Shown here: piece after piece, positions 34,590 through 45,056 of the stretch
Layout of the letters: each line of letters starts with the position of its first letter
Numbering within the stretch: position 1 is the stretch's first letter
IMG/VR virus record: IMGVR_UViG_3300045988_166693
Coordinates: 1-64,000 of that record
Source: a virus
Direction: 5' to 3' (one strand)
DNA: 64,000 nucleotides
The notes under the pieces: generated by a model
Databases searched by the model: none
Told to the model about the DNA's origin: nothing
What the model saw: the letters and a program-made list of their open reading frames with translations, nothing else
Made by a program: the position numbers and the translations under genes

Positions 34590-35900
34590 ATGTACTATTT
34601 TAATTCATACCTTTTCTCAAAGCTCCCGAAGCTCCTGAACATGCTCCAGAAGGAAGTTTCGGAAGTCGTCTACGGAAATGATTTCATTTACGCCAGAAGA
34701 ATTGGGAATCAGGATAGTATAAAAGTCAACGAAATTATAAATATCTGTAACAGATTCCATATCAGCACACGTCATTTCTTCCTTACCCAGCCTGCTCCCA
34801 TGGAATTGGAGCCTCGTTCATCTTACATCATTTCGGATGACTATTTTGAAACGGTCAGATTTTATCCTGAGCATATCAAATGGATCTACGGGAAAAACGG
34901 AATGGCCAAAGGGCTGACACGCGACAAACTGGTGGAAAGCCTGCACATCAGTCCCGCTACCCTGCTGCGGTGGGCCAACCCGTCGCTGGGCGGAGAAGTC
35001 CCGGTGAAAGCCATGCTGGATATGTGCAACCTCTATAATCTGGATCTGTATGCGTTCATCGAAGACAAAAACGTGCAGGCGGACCAGCCCTGCGAGGAAA
35101 AAGAACCTGATCCCGATCCCATGGTACTTACTACCCGCACCTGGCAGGAACTCACCGAACTGCGGAAAATGCTGGTGGAAAGCCAGCGGAAAATCAATCT
35201 GCTGACCGAGGAAAACGAACGCCTGAAAATGCAGGGCAGCCAGTACGCCAGCGCACTCTCGGAAGACGAGACCTACGACTATGACAAGTCAAAGCCGAGA
35301 GGATGGACGGCCAACTGGGAGCTGCTGAAGAATCTGACTTATGTGACGGGAGCGAGCAGAAGGGAACTCATGCGAATTGCGCAGATCGGCACATACAGCG
35401 GTTCACTGAACGACGGAAACCTGAACATCCCTTCGCTGGTCAGGATCTGCAATGCCTTCCAGATCAGCAGCCGGCATTTCTTCATGCGTGACACCGGGGA
35501 AAAGATTGCGCTGCGGGCGTTCAGCCAGTACCGGTCGGACAACTGGAAAAAGGTCAGCTTTCATCCGGAATACCTGAACGATCTGTTCGGGAGGGAGAGT
35601 CTGACCGGACTGAGCCGGAAAGAAGTTGCAGCGATGGCCGGCGTATCGGAAAACACCATCCGCTCCTGGAAGATGGAATACAGCACCATGCGCGTAAAGG
35701 ATCTGGTGAATATCTGCAATGCCCTGTCACTAAGTCCCTGGTGCTTCATCAGCGACGGCAACCGGCCGGACCTGCAATACGGAGTGACGCATACGGAATT
35801 TCTGCTGGAAGAGAATCTTCTGCTCCGCCAGCAGATCATCCGGCTGCATGAACAGATTTTCCGCATGAAGGAAAGATACGGAATCTCAGCGGACAAATGA
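34590..35900 (+). CDS. Repressor-like protein with an internal duplication giving four XRE-type HTH modules separated by a coiled coil
   Basis: Four recurrences of the helix pattern (IKVNEIINICNRFHISTRHFF; VPVKAMLDMCNLYNLDLYAFI; LNIPSLVRICNAFQISSRHFF; MRVKDLVNICNALSLSPWCFI). GLSRKEVAAMAGVSENTIRSW is a classic HTH_3. It is one of only four plus-strand coding genes recognised in the window (the others are tnpA and the two lipoprotein genes). Confidence 0.7.
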   Translation: MYYFNSYLFSKLPKLLNMLQKEVSEVVYGNDFIYARRIGNQDSIKVNEIINICNRFHISTRHFFLTQPAPMELEPRSSYIISDDYFETVRFYPEHIKWIYGKNGMAKGLTRDKLVESLHISPATLLRWANPSLGGEVPVKAMLDMCNLYNLDLYAFIEDKNVQADQPCEEKEPDPDPMVLTTRTWQELTELRKMLVESQRKINLLTEENERLKMQGSQYASALSEDETYDYDKSKPRGWTANWELLKNLTYVTGASRRELMRIAQIGTYSGSLNDGNLNIPSLVRICNAFQISSRHFFMRDTGEKIALRAFSQYRSDNWKKVSFHPEYLNDLFGRESLTGLSRKEVAAMAGVSENTIRSWKMEYSTMRVKDLVNICNALSLSPWCFISDGNRPDLQYGVTHTEFLLEENLLLRQQIIRLHEQIFRMKERYGISADK

Positions 35901-37007
35901 ATTGTATGTTCCGCCGGTGAAGGAATAGCGCACGTCGAAGTTGACTGCCAGCAGAGACGGTTTGGAGCGGTCGAGCACATCCACCGTGTCGTCCGGAAGA
36001 ATGGCTACGGGCAGGAACCGGCCGCCGACCAGCATCCAGGCGCGGCGGGTCATCAGGAACTCGTTGATCCACCATTCGGCCCACTCCCTGCTGACATATC
36101 CGCTGCTCATTGCAAAGGTGGCTACCGGATCGGCCGCATAGTTGACCACGCGGGTGGTGCCCCGGAAGTCAATGTCCTGCGGTACGGAATAGGTGTTGCT
36201 TTCAATGTCATACGACAGGGACTCGCGCATGACGGCTGTCACGCTCTCGATCAGTCCGAAGGTGTTCTGAAACAGGAAATGCCGCATTCCGGGGGATGAC
36301 TCCACCACATAGCGCTCCACTCCTCCCTCGTCGGAAGTGCTGACAACCGTTTTTCCGGCGGCGAGCGACGACGTATCAATCCGCAGGGATGCGGGAACCA
36401 GCGCTCCGCCGGTGTACTGAGAATAATCACTCTTCTGCCCGGCATTGGTCACGCTGAAAGAAATCGTGTCGCTGCCCGTGCTCACAGCCGGGACGTAGAG
36501 GTCAATTCCCTTCACCAGCGGCTCGCCGGCCGGCTTCCGGCTCAGGATACGTCCGCTGCCCAGCTGTACGGACGTATCGGCATTGGGGGCTGTGAGCCGT
36601 TCAAACTCGGTGTAACGACCCAGTATAGCCTTGTACTCTTCCGATGTGACCTCCCCTTCTTCTATCTCTACGTTGTCGTACAGATAGACTTCCTTGTAGG
36701 TCAGCGTATAGCTGGCCGCATACATCGTCTGCGTGAGTGTGGTTCCGCTCACCTCCTGCACGATGCAGCGCTCCAGGGCCGTGCGCACCGTGTCACTCAC
36801 GTTGAAGGTTGCAAGGCCGTCGGAACCGACCTCATACACATATTTTTCCGAATAACTGATTTCCTCTCCGCTTCGGGTGGCCTTGACGTCGCACGACATC
36901 CGGATGCGGAGAAAGGTTTTTCCCGTCAGGGTCGTCTTTGCCTTGACGATGATCGGATTTCCTGCCAGCGAGACAGACGCGGGCTGCTGTAATACCTGTA
37001 TTGCCAT
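35886..37007 (-). CDS. Tail/baseplate protein (by position)
   Basis: 373-aa ORF, the last gene of the tape-measure operon. Its 3' end overlaps the convergent repressor gene by 15 nt. Confidence 0.45.
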   Translation of the reverse strand: MAIQVLQQPASVSLAGNPIIVKAKTTLTGKTFLRIRMSCDVKATRSGEEISYSEKYVYEVGSDGLATFNVSDTVRTALERCIVQEVSGTTLTQTMYAASYTLTYKEVYLYDNVEIEEGEVTSEEYKAILGRYTEFERLTAPNADTSVQLGSGRILSRKPAGEPLVKGIDLYVPAVSTGSDTISFSVTNAGQKSDYSQYTGGALVPASLRIDTSSLAAGKTVVSTSDEGGVERYVVESSPGMRHFLFQNTFGLIESVTAVMRESLSYDIESNTYSVPQDIDFRGTTRVVNYAADPVATFAMSSGYVSREWAEWWINEFLMTRRAWMLVGGRFLPVAILPDDTVDVLDRSKPSLLAVNFDVRYSFTGGTYNSFVR

Positions 37008-37020
37008 GTTCTTTTTGTCT

Positions 37021-39138
37021 TTAAAGTGTGTATAGTTCGATTTTCACGTCCGCTACTCCCGTGACACCGAGCGTATAGGAAATTCTGTTGATAAAACCCG
37101 TGAACCGGCCGATCCGGTAACGGCGGAAAAAGTCAATGTTCACAATCTGCATGATATCCATGCGCACCTGGAGTGTGACGGTTTTCTTGTTGGACATGAA
37201 GTAGAGATATTCCGACAGGAACTTCGCCACAAATCCGCGGCCCTTGTACTTCTCCCCGATGGGATAACCGTCTTTTTCGGCCACCGGCTTCAGGGAAAAG
37301 CGGTTGGTCTGATCTGCGCCGCCGGCTTCCGTCCCGTTGTAGTCAAAGAAACGGCCGAAGTTGTCACAGCTGTCCGAAGTGAAAGCGTAACTGCCCACGG
37401 TCTGAATCCAGGAGTCGTTGTTTTCTCCGTCGTAATTGGCATTGATAATCTCCACGCCGGAGTCATTACCCGGGCCTCGCATGATTCCCAGGGTATAACC
37501 TGCATCGTAGGTGGCGAGCGGGGATTCCGTGGTTTCTTCGCGGTCAAAATTTTCTCCGGTGTCGAAGGTGACATCAGCGGTAATATCCTTGATGTTCTGA
37601 AGGAACAGGAAGTTCCCCATGAGCGGAAGGACAGAAACCGTAGTCCTGGTGTCCGAAAGCAGGCTCACATCGGCAAATACGGCCAGTCCCTGCTGGGCTT
37701 CCTTGCCTTCGGAAGCCATCTGGCTGGTAGATGCCCCGGAAATGTCGTTCACAATGACCGGCGAGAAAGACAGCTTGATCTCTTCCGCTTCTTCCGGATC
37801 AGCGCCTTCGGTCTCGTAGTCGCGGAAACCGCCCACCTCGAACAGTGACGGATCACCGCCCGTATCCTTGTTGACCTTGATGCGGTAAGCATTTCCGGTG
37901 ATCCGGTCGATGTAGCAGGTCGTATCGTAGGCCGACTGCCCCATTTTCAGGATTTCCAGATAGCCGTCTTTCTCCGACACGTTTGTATAGTCGGTGTAGT
38001 TGAACGTCGTATCGTCATCCTGCCCGTATGTGATGCGGTAACCCTTGTTCTTCTCCTTGGTAACAGCATACGAAAGAATATCCACATCGAGCGTATTGGT
38101 TTCCCGGTTCTGGAAAATGTTTCTCAGCAGGTAGATCCGCATCAGCCGGTCGCGCTCGTCGTACACAAAACGCACCCCGAACGCATTCTGAAGGTCTTCG
38201 ATCACGTCCTTCACTTCCAGATCCGGAAAATTCGCATTGGTGGCATACACATCACGCACGGAATAGGTGAAATCGCTGTTTCTGAAGGTTCCCATAATAG
38301 GCACAATTCCTTTCCCGCCGGTCACTTTTACTTCCAGCGAGAAGGAAGGTCCGATGAACGACTCACTGATCACGTCCGTATACTGGATGGTCCGGCTTTC
38401 ACCGCTCTTCACCTCGCAACGGGTAGAGAAGAAAGCCAGACGGCAAAGGTCTTCCACATCGAGCATTTCGTTCTTGTCGACACCTATGTCCAGTTTCTTC
38501 ATCACCAGGTCAATGAGATACATCACGTAGAAGCATACGCCGCTGTACGAGCGCTTTGCTTCGAGAGCTGGAGCATATTTCCCGTTCTCGTCGGATGCAC
38601 ACACCCGGACGTTGCAGAAGGTCTTGACGGGATACGGATCAGATACATTGAACTCGGTGAAATTCATCAGGTTCCTGTACGGGAGATAAACATACATGGG
38701 ATAGACGGAGCCCTGTATTTCGGGTGCCGTGTCTGCCCGGTAAAGCTCATATCCCAGCTTCAGCTCGCGGTCGAGCGGGATCTCGTTGGCCTTCATGCCC
38801 TCCAGCTTGTCCATAAAGTTACCAGTCCCGGAAGAAAAGGTAACCGGCAGGCTGTCCTCAAATTCAATCTCGTCGTCGGTAGCGATGGTTCCGCGGTAGA
38901 TCATTACGCCGTTGAACCAGATCTCCGTATCACTCTTGTCGATCTCCCGGAGCGGACGGTCCCCGAAGGGATCGTCCACATTCTTGAACACCTCGCGGTT
39001 GGGAGCGAGCGGGATCTCAAAGGGGAACGAAAATGTTCCCTGATCATTGAATACCGGGCTGGTCTGTTCCAGGTCGATGGAGAAATCATCCGGAAGGCAG
39101 ATCCACTGCCCGCCTATCTTAATCTGTAGTCCTTTCAT
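37021..39138 (-). CDS. Large distal-tail/baseplate protein (by position)
   Basis: 705-aa ORF starting 7 nt after the tape measure stop. Confidence 0.5.
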   Translation of the reverse strand: MKGLQIKIGGQWICLPDDFSIDLEQTSPVFNDQGTFSFPFEIPLAPNREVFKNVDDPFGDRPLREIDKSDTEIWFNGVMIYRGTIATDDEIEFEDSLPVTFSSGTGNFMDKLEGMKANEIPLDRELKLGYELYRADTAPEIQGSVYPMYVYLPYRNLMNFTEFNVSDPYPVKTFCNVRVCASDENGKYAPALEAKRSYSGVCFYVMYLIDLVMKKLDIGVDKNEMLDVEDLCRLAFFSTRCEVKSGESRTIQYTDVISESFIGPSFSLEVKVTGGKGIVPIMGTFRNSDFTYSVRDVYATNANFPDLEVKDVIEDLQNAFGVRFVYDERDRLMRIYLLRNIFQNRETNTLDVDILSYAVTKEKNKGYRITYGQDDDTTFNYTDYTNVSEKDGYLEILKMGQSAYDTTCYIDRITGNAYRIKVNKDTGGDPSLFEVGGFRDYETEGADPEEAEEIKLSFSPVIVNDISGASTSQMASEGKEAQQGLAVFADVSLLSDTRTTVSVLPLMGNFLFLQNIKDITADVTFDTGENFDREETTESPLATYDAGYTLGIMRGPGNDSGVEIINANYDGENNDSWIQTVGSYAFTSDSCDNFGRFFDYNGTEAGGADQTNRFSLKPVAEKDGYPIGEKYKGRGFVAKFLSEYLYFMSNKKTVTLQVRMDIMQIVNIDFFRRYRIGRFTGFINRISYTLGVTGVADVKIELYTL

Positions 39139-39144
39139 CGTTTT

Positions 39145-42100
39145 TTATTTTGTGAGTCCGTTTTTGTTCATAAACTTGCTGGCCTTGCTGAGCTGGTTCA
39201 CCGCGCCCTTGCGCCCGTAAGGATCTACCGTCGCACTGATGGGCTGGTTCAGTCTTTGAGTCAGGGCATTCACGGCATCGGTCACTCCGGTAAGCACCTG
39301 CGACATTTCGGCAGCCGACATGCCTGATCCTCCTGCCTGCTGCGCAGCCTGTGAAGCCTGTGCCGGCATGGACGGATAACTTCCGCTGGCAAAGGTCGGC
39401 ATGGCCGCCGATTTGAGCTGGCCATGACGGGCAATGGTAAGAATGCTGTCGTAGATGTGCGGATAGTTCAGAATAAGCTTCTGAGTGGTGTCACCGTCCA
39501 CAATCATTTCAGGCTTCTTTTCAGAGAAAATGCCGAAATGCGCACCTCCGCCGTACACGCCCGTCTTCAGTTCCTTCTGGTAGCGTGCGTTGTATATCTG
39601 TCCGTCGTTTCCCAGTACCGGATAGTCACCCTCTGCGTAGGTAAGCATTCCGGCTGCTACACGGCCCTTGCTGCTGCTTACTCCGGTAGCAGCTGCCACA
39701 TCCTGCTTTGCTTTGTTTAACTTACCCATTGCAAGGCCCATCAGGGCGGAAAGCGCCGCACTGATAACTGCAATCAATGGGATACCCCACCAGCCTAGTT
39801 CTCCGATTATCTTTGCAGCTCCGGAAGCCGTACCTGTCGAAACATCTGCCGTGGTTTTAGCTCCCTGTACTGTCAGATCCGTAATGGCCTGCGAACCATG
39901 AACGGCGGTGATTGTAGCACTTGTAGCCGATTCCTGTGCCACTTCCTGAGCGTTCAGGGCCTTCTTCATTACCAGTTCCTGAACTTTCTGCATGATCAGA
40001 TCCTTGGTAAGTTTCATCATCGTCTGAAGCAACTGCTTTGCCGCTTCCTTGCGGTCGGATACTTCAGAGAACGCAGCCTCTCCCATCTGCTCACTGAAAT
40101 CCACGACTGCATCGGTGTAGTTCTTTAGCGTGCTCAGCTTGCTCTCGGTTATTTCAAGTTTTTTGCTCTGCTGTTCCTCCCGGGCCTGAGTCAGTGCGTC
40201 CAGCGCTTCCTTTTCGGCCATACGATAGGATTCTTCAGCCTGCTGTTCGGTTGCACCGGAAGCAATGGCCTGCTGTATCAGTTCTTCTTTGCGGGCATAA
40301 AACTCTTCATAATACTGACGGGCAGCTTCCAGCCGGATGCGCAGCGCTTCCAGCTCGGCATTGTCCGTGTCGGAAGTACCAAGGAAGGAACTTTGAGTAG
40401 ATGCCAGTCCCAGATTACCGGCTGCACCCATCAGCTCACTCTGATCGTCGGAACCTTTTATCCGATCCTCCCAAAGTTTCTGGTTTCCGCTGGTCTCCCA
40501 CTGCACGTCGATCATTTCCTTGATATCCTTGGCATACTTCTCGGCAGCTGCCTTGGAGTCCTGGTAGAAGTCACGCAGCTTTTTCAGCATGAGCGACATC
40601 TGTTCGGGGCTCATGCTTTCGGCCCATATTTTATCTATTCCTAACAATCGGCCTCGGAGTTGTATCTCATTCATATTGTAAGCATCTTCCGACAGAGAAA
40701 CAAGCGCATCCATTCTTTCCTTGACCGCACTCTCGTCGATGACTCCGCTAAATCCCAGACTCATGCGGAACTCTTTCTCCGCGTCGGTATTCAGCAGACG
40801 GAGCTTGTCGAGCGACTCCTCAAACTGGTTAACCAGACTTTCAAACGGGTTGTATTTGAGAAGCTCCTTCTCGATCGTCTGACGGTATTTCACTGCCATG
40901 TTCTGTACTTCAAGAAGGTCTTTTTCCAGATTTTTCCGCACACCGTCAGTTTCCTTCTCTCCCATTTTCTTGAGAAGGGCAGCAGTAGATTCCAGATTCT
41001 TTCCTTCCATTCCGTAAAGCTTCTGGTTGAACGTATTCGATTCTCCCAACAGCTTTTTCCGCAGTTCCACACGTGCGAGCAGGTGCTCTTCTTCCATCGC
41101 ATCAATCTGCCGGTTCATTTCCTCGGTCGTGATTTCCTCATTCAGATACGCCTGACGGATGGCCTGCTGGCGACGAAGGAAATATGCTTCCAGTGCGGCC
41201 ATGGCTGCACTCACCTGGTCATTCAGTTCTTTCTGCTCTCCGCGGGTACCGGACTTCCGGACTTTGAGCCAGTTTCCGCTGGTGTCGCGTCCCCATTTCT
41301 CAGCCAGCACCTTTGCCACATCCTGCTCCATCTTTTTCAGTGCCTCGTATTCTTCCTTGGCCGACTTGAATCCGCGGGCAGCGAAGGTGTCTGCATAGTC
41401 CTTGTCCTCATTAATGCTCTTCATCATGGCCTCCAGCTTTTTGTAGGTAGCTACCAGTTTGTCTACGCCAGCCGTTTCCAGCGATACGCCTTGTCCCCAG
41501 ACAGATTCCAGTCCGATGGCCTTGATCCGTTTCTCTACCTGACTGATGTTGTTCTGGTAGACTCCGAGCTGGCGGTTCTTTTCAGCAAGTTCGTCTGTCT
41601 CCGCCTTCGTGAGCTTTTCTCCTTTCTCTCGCTTTGCGTTCAGGTCATCCACATCCTCACGCAGGCGCTGGACATAGGTAGTGGCCTGCTGCAGGTAAGT
41701 ATTCAGTTCCGAAAGGTCGGAGGAAGAAAGAATACCCTGGTTGGACTTCCGTAGGTCTTGCAGCATAAGTTCTTCGGTCTTGCTCTCGGCAGCACGCTGT
41801 GTACTTTCCAGGAAAGTCTGAGTCTGCCCGGCTTCCTTCCGGATGTTTTTCAGAATGTTCATCAGCTTCAAAGCGTCGGAACTGAACGGGAGCTGCTTTA
41901 TGTTCTTGTTGTATTTCTCCATAAAGTCATCCAGCGCGTCGTACAGATTGCCGCCTTCTTCCACCACCTTGTTCATCCCGTCCATAATACGGGCCATGGC
42001 ATCGCCGGCGTTGGTCTCTCCCACATTCTGCATTTTGTTCAGCGAAGCAATGATCTTCGACTGAAGTTCCTGAATCTGGTCGGTATATTTGTCGGCAATG

Positions 42101-44889
42101 TTTTCCATCATTTTGTCGCGCATCTTCAGCGCAAGCGTTTCGCGAAGGCGGGCATTGATCAGGCTGTAGATGTATTCCTGCTTCTCGGCATAGTTGTTTT
42201 CAGTGACCATAAATCCCAGGTAGGCCCCGTACTTGTCATTCAGCTGCTTAATCAATGCCGCACGCTCGCCGTTTGATACATTTGCCTTGTCAATGGCATA
42301 TTTCAAGTTGTTCAGTTCAAATGTCTCCTTCTGTATGGATGATTCAAATTCCGACTGTGCCTTTGCTGCCTGATCTACTGTTTTCTTAAACATAGTAACA
42401 GCCGAAGTCAGCGCAGTAAAGCCCAAAACAGCCCATCCGATCGGATTCTTGCTCATGGCAAATGTAAGGGCCTGCCATGCCGTCTTGAATACATTCAGTG
42501 ATACGGTGCCGGCCTTCATCATCTTACCGAAAAGCAGGATGTTTGCACTGGCCTTCTGCACCGCCGAAGAAGTGGCTATCATTACTCCCACCAGCACCTG
42601 AAGCGCAACTGCCATCAGACGTATGGAAGTTTCCCCGCGTTCAAACCGGTTCGGAATGCTCGCTATATAGCGAAGTACATCCGTGAGCCATTCCACAAAA
42701 CCGCTATTGATAAACGATTCCTTGATGGCGTTACCCATACGCAGCATGATGGCCATGGCGTTTTCGTTCTTGATGTTGTATTCATCTGTCACGCTGGTCG
42801 CTTCCTTAAACGCACGAGAAGAAGTAAATACCTGTGCCTTGAGCTCGTCCACTCCGGAAGAAAGGGTAACGAGCACCTGCTTGATACGCTCGCCATCGCT
42901 ACCGAGGTCTTTCATAATCGGAGCCAGCACATCCAGTCCGCCCATGGCATTCATCTTCTCAAACACGGCGATAATCGCTTCCATGGTTCTGCCCTGCTCG
43001 ATCAGGTTTTTCAAATATTCATCACTCAGCCCAACAGCCTGCGCCACTTCGGTGGTGTTGCTGGTCAGTGTAGAAATAAAGGTATTCAATGCCGTACCAC
43101 CCATTTCGGCGTGCTGACCGAGGGCATCGAGGGTACCGGCCAGCGCAATCAGGTCGGACATGGAAAGTCCTGCCGCTTCTCCGATAGCTCCGATACGGTT
43201 TACTACATCGACAATCGGGCCGGCGGAAGCACGGCTGGTCTGGGATATTTCGTTGATAGCAGAACCGGTAGCGAGCAAGGCTTTTTCCACACCGAGTTTC
43301 TGTGTCTCTCCCAGAATGGCATTTACCTTCATCAGCTGACGTACCGCTTCGGCACCGCCCAGATCCTCACCCAGCGCCACGAGCAACTGGTTACCTGCCT
43401 TCACGAATCCCAATACATCTTCTTTAGCAGAGATACCCAGCTTACCGGCTTCGTATGCCAGGTCGTGAAGTTCCTGCTGTGCGGTACGGGTGTCGATACT
43501 GTCAATTTCACGGCTTAACTCGGCTACTGACTCAGTGGAAAGCCCGGTGGTCTTCTCGATGTCGGCCAGACTGTCGCTCAGCTGCAAGTTAGCCTGATAC
43601 AACTGCTTGATACGTCCTACCACCTCATTGAATCCGGCATATACCAGCACATAACTTGTCAAACGCTTGATGGTAGCTACAATCTGGTTATCGTGTTCCT
43701 GCCAGCTTCGCTTCACTTCATTAATCTGCTCGTTTACCCGACGCAGATTCATTGAAGTTTCCATGTATTCGCGCGTGTCACGCTCAGCTTCCGAAAGTTC
43801 TTGCTGAAGCTGTGACGCGGCCTTTTGCAAATCTTCCAGTGGAGCGGCTTTCAGGTTAAGAATTATATCATCTAGCTCTTTCGCACTCAGTAAAGCTCCC
43901 TTCTGCTTCTTATCAATGACCTCAAGCGCAACCTGGATTTTTTTCAAGCCTTTTGTATCGCTCACTTCAAGCGACTTCTTATACTCTTCAAGCGATTTTT
44001 TCAGCTTTTCAAGGTCTTCGTATGTACCGTCAAACGTACCCATACCAACTTCTTCCGCCTTGAGTAGTGCTTCGTCCATCGTAGAAAATTGGACAGATGA
44101 TTGTTTCAGCTTCTCATTGAGAGAATTAATGGCTGACTCCACATCCTTGATACCCTTCGTGTCGCTGGTCTTGAGTTGCTGCTTGTACTGTTCAAGCAAC
44201 TTGATAGCTTCCTTTGTCTGGGATATTGTCCCGTCGAATGTACCTGTCTGGACTTTCCCAAGTGTGGTTTGCGCACGCTGGGAGACACGGCGGGTTTCTT
44301 CCGCTTCCACCTGAGCAAGCTGGTCACGGTATTTTTGAATTTCCTGTGTGTTAAGTTCTGTGGATTTAATAAGGTCTTGCAACCGTTCCTTTGCCTTTCC
44401 CAGAGATTTGTCGCTCACATTGCCAATATCTCCGATGATGTCAGAAAATTCTACGATGTTCCCTTTACGACGCTGGATTTCATCGGCAATCTGCTTGATA
44501 TACTCACGAACTGTTTGTAGCGTTTCAGCATTTTTAGGATTTATACCAAGAAGCATCTGGTTTAATCCCTTACGAGCCTCTCCTAGATTTCTCAAGGTCT
44601 GACCTGATATGTCATTTAGGTACTTGTTGACCGTGTTGACATTTCTCTGATTTTCCCTGATTAGTTTAGTCAGTCTCTCAAGCTGTTTTACTTTTTCATT
44701 ATAAATTTTCTTGTTGTCATCGTATAGCGTGGTATTAGTAGTCGCATTCATCTGTTCTTGCGCATTTTCCACTTCTTTACGCAACTTTTTCCATTCATCA
44801 CGCATCTTGTCAACCTGCTTCTGCGCCTGTTCCGCCCCTCCGATAAGCACGTCGATTCTAGCCAGTCTGGTACCTAAACTATTTGCCAT
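39145..44889 (-). CDS. Tail tape measure protein
   Basis: 1914 aa from the Met at 44889 (MANSLGTRLARID...). Very long, coiled-coil-rich, with central hydrophobic segments. Preceded by promoter copy 4. Confidence 0.85.
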   Translation of the reverse strand: MANSLGTRLARIDVLIGGAEQAQKQVDKMRDEWKKLRKEVENAQEQMNATTNTTLYDDNKKIYNEKVKQLERLTKLIRENQRNVNTVNKYLNDISGQTLRNLGEARKGLNQMLLGINPKNAETLQTVREYIKQIADEIQRRKGNIVEFSDIIGDIGNVSDKSLGKAKERLQDLIKSTELNTQEIQKYRDQLAQVEAEETRRVSQRAQTTLGKVQTGTFDGTISQTKEAIKLLEQYKQQLKTSDTKGIKDVESAINSLNEKLKQSSVQFSTMDEALLKAEEVGMGTFDGTYEDLEKLKKSLEEYKKSLEVSDTKGLKKIQVALEVIDKKQKGALLSAKELDDIILNLKAAPLEDLQKAASQLQQELSEAERDTREYMETSMNLRRVNEQINEVKRSWQEHDNQIVATIKRLTSYVLVYAGFNEVVGRIKQLYQANLQLSDSLADIEKTTGLSTESVAELSREIDSIDTRTAQQELHDLAYEAGKLGISAKEDVLGFVKAGNQLLVALGEDLGGAEAVRQLMKVNAILGETQKLGVEKALLATGSAINEISQTSRASAGPIVDVVNRIGAIGEAAGLSMSDLIALAGTLDALGQHAEMGGTALNTFISTLTSNTTEVAQAVGLSDEYLKNLIEQGRTMEAIIAVFEKMNAMGGLDVLAPIMKDLGSDGERIKQVLVTLSSGVDELKAQVFTSSRAFKEATSVTDEYNIKNENAMAIMLRMGNAIKESFINSGFVEWLTDVLRYIASIPNRFERGETSIRLMAVALQVLVGVMIATSSAVQKASANILLFGKMMKAGTVSLNVFKTAWQALTFAMSKNPIGWAVLGFTALTSAVTMFKKTVDQAAKAQSEFESSIQKETFELNNLKYAIDKANVSNGERAALIKQLNDKYGAYLGFMVTENNYAEKQEYIYSLINARLRETLALKMRDKMMENIADKYTDQIQELQSKIIASLNKMQNVGETNAGDAMARIMDGMNKVVEEGGNLYDALDDFMEKYNKNIKQLPFSSDALKLMNILKNIRKEAGQTQTFLESTQRAAESKTEELMLQDLRKSNQGILSSSDLSELNTYLQQATTYVQRLREDVDDLNAKREKGEKLTKAETDELAEKNRQLGVYQNNISQVEKRIKAIGLESVWGQGVSLETAGVDKLVATYKKLEAMMKSINEDKDYADTFAARGFKSAKEEYEALKKMEQDVAKVLAEKWGRDTSGNWLKVRKSGTRGEQKELNDQVSAAMAALEAYFLRRQQAIRQAYLNEEITTEEMNRQIDAMEEEHLLARVELRKKLLGESNTFNQKLYGMEGKNLESTAALLKKMGEKETDGVRKNLEKDLLEVQNMAVKYRQTIEKELLKYNPFESLVNQFEESLDKLRLLNTDAEKEFRMSLGFSGVIDESAVKERMDALVSLSEDAYNMNEIQLRGRLLGIDKIWAESMSPEQMSLMLKKLRDFYQDSKAAAEKYAKDIKEMIDVQWETSGNQKLWEDRIKGSDDQSELMGAAGNLGLASTQSSFLGTSDTDNAELEALRIRLEAARQYYEEFYARKEELIQQAIASGATEQQAEESYRMAEKEALDALTQAREEQQSKKLEITESKLSTLKNYTDAVVDFSEQMGEAAFSEVSDRKEAAKQLLQTMMKLTKDLIMQKVQELVMKKALNAQEVAQESATSATITAVHGSQAITDLTVQGAKTTADVSTGTASGAAKIIGELGWWGIPLIAVISAALSALMGLAMGKLNKAKQDVAAATGVSSSKGRVAAGMLTYAEGDYPVLGNDGQIYNARYQKELKTGVYGGGAHFGIFSEKKPEMIVDGDTTQKLILNYPHIYDSILTIARHGQLKSAAMPTFASGSYPSMPAQASQAAQQAGGSGMSAAEMSQVLTGVTDAVNALTQRLNQPISATVDPYGRKGAVNQLSKASKFMNKNGLTK

Positions 44890-44909
44890 GTCTTTGTGTT
44901 TGTTTTCCT

Positions 44910-44951
44910 CAAAGTTAGGCAGCCGGAAGGTGGAAATGAAGGACAAAAAAA
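44910..44951 (-). promoter_or_regulatory. Conserved phage promoter copy 4 (TTTTTTTGTCCTTCA-N19-TAACTTTG)
   Basis: GTCCTTCA at 44937-44944, TAACTTTG at 44910-44917 (minus strand), with a 19 nt spacer. Lies 21 nt upstream of the tape measure ATG. Confidence 0.65.
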
Positions 44952-45056
44952 GCAACCTCTCAAGTGGTTTGCCGCAAACCTCTCGAGAGGTTTGCAGGGA
45001 ATCGCGTGAGAGGTTTGCTGCATATCGCTTGACAGCCCCTACAAGGTGATCTGAAA
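44951..45056. promoter_or_regulatory. Copy B of the ~105 nt element with GCAAACCTCTC / GAGAGGTTTGC sites
   Basis: Perfect palindrome GCAAACCTCTCGAGAGGTTTGC at 44974-44995 plus two further half-sites. Abuts promoter copy 4. Confidence 0.7.

Noticed and set aside
35561-36084. Minus-strand ORFs (139 and 82 aa) antisense to the 3' end of the repressor-like gene
   Set aside because: They are Cys/Arg/Ser-rich shadow frames. The plus frame shows the repeated HTH modules, and the 35886..37007 frame accounts for the remainder.
40660-41754. 364-aa plus-strand ORF (and several shorter ones) opposite the tape measure gene
   Set aside because: These are shadow ORFs inside a single 5.7 kb minus-strand coding frame.
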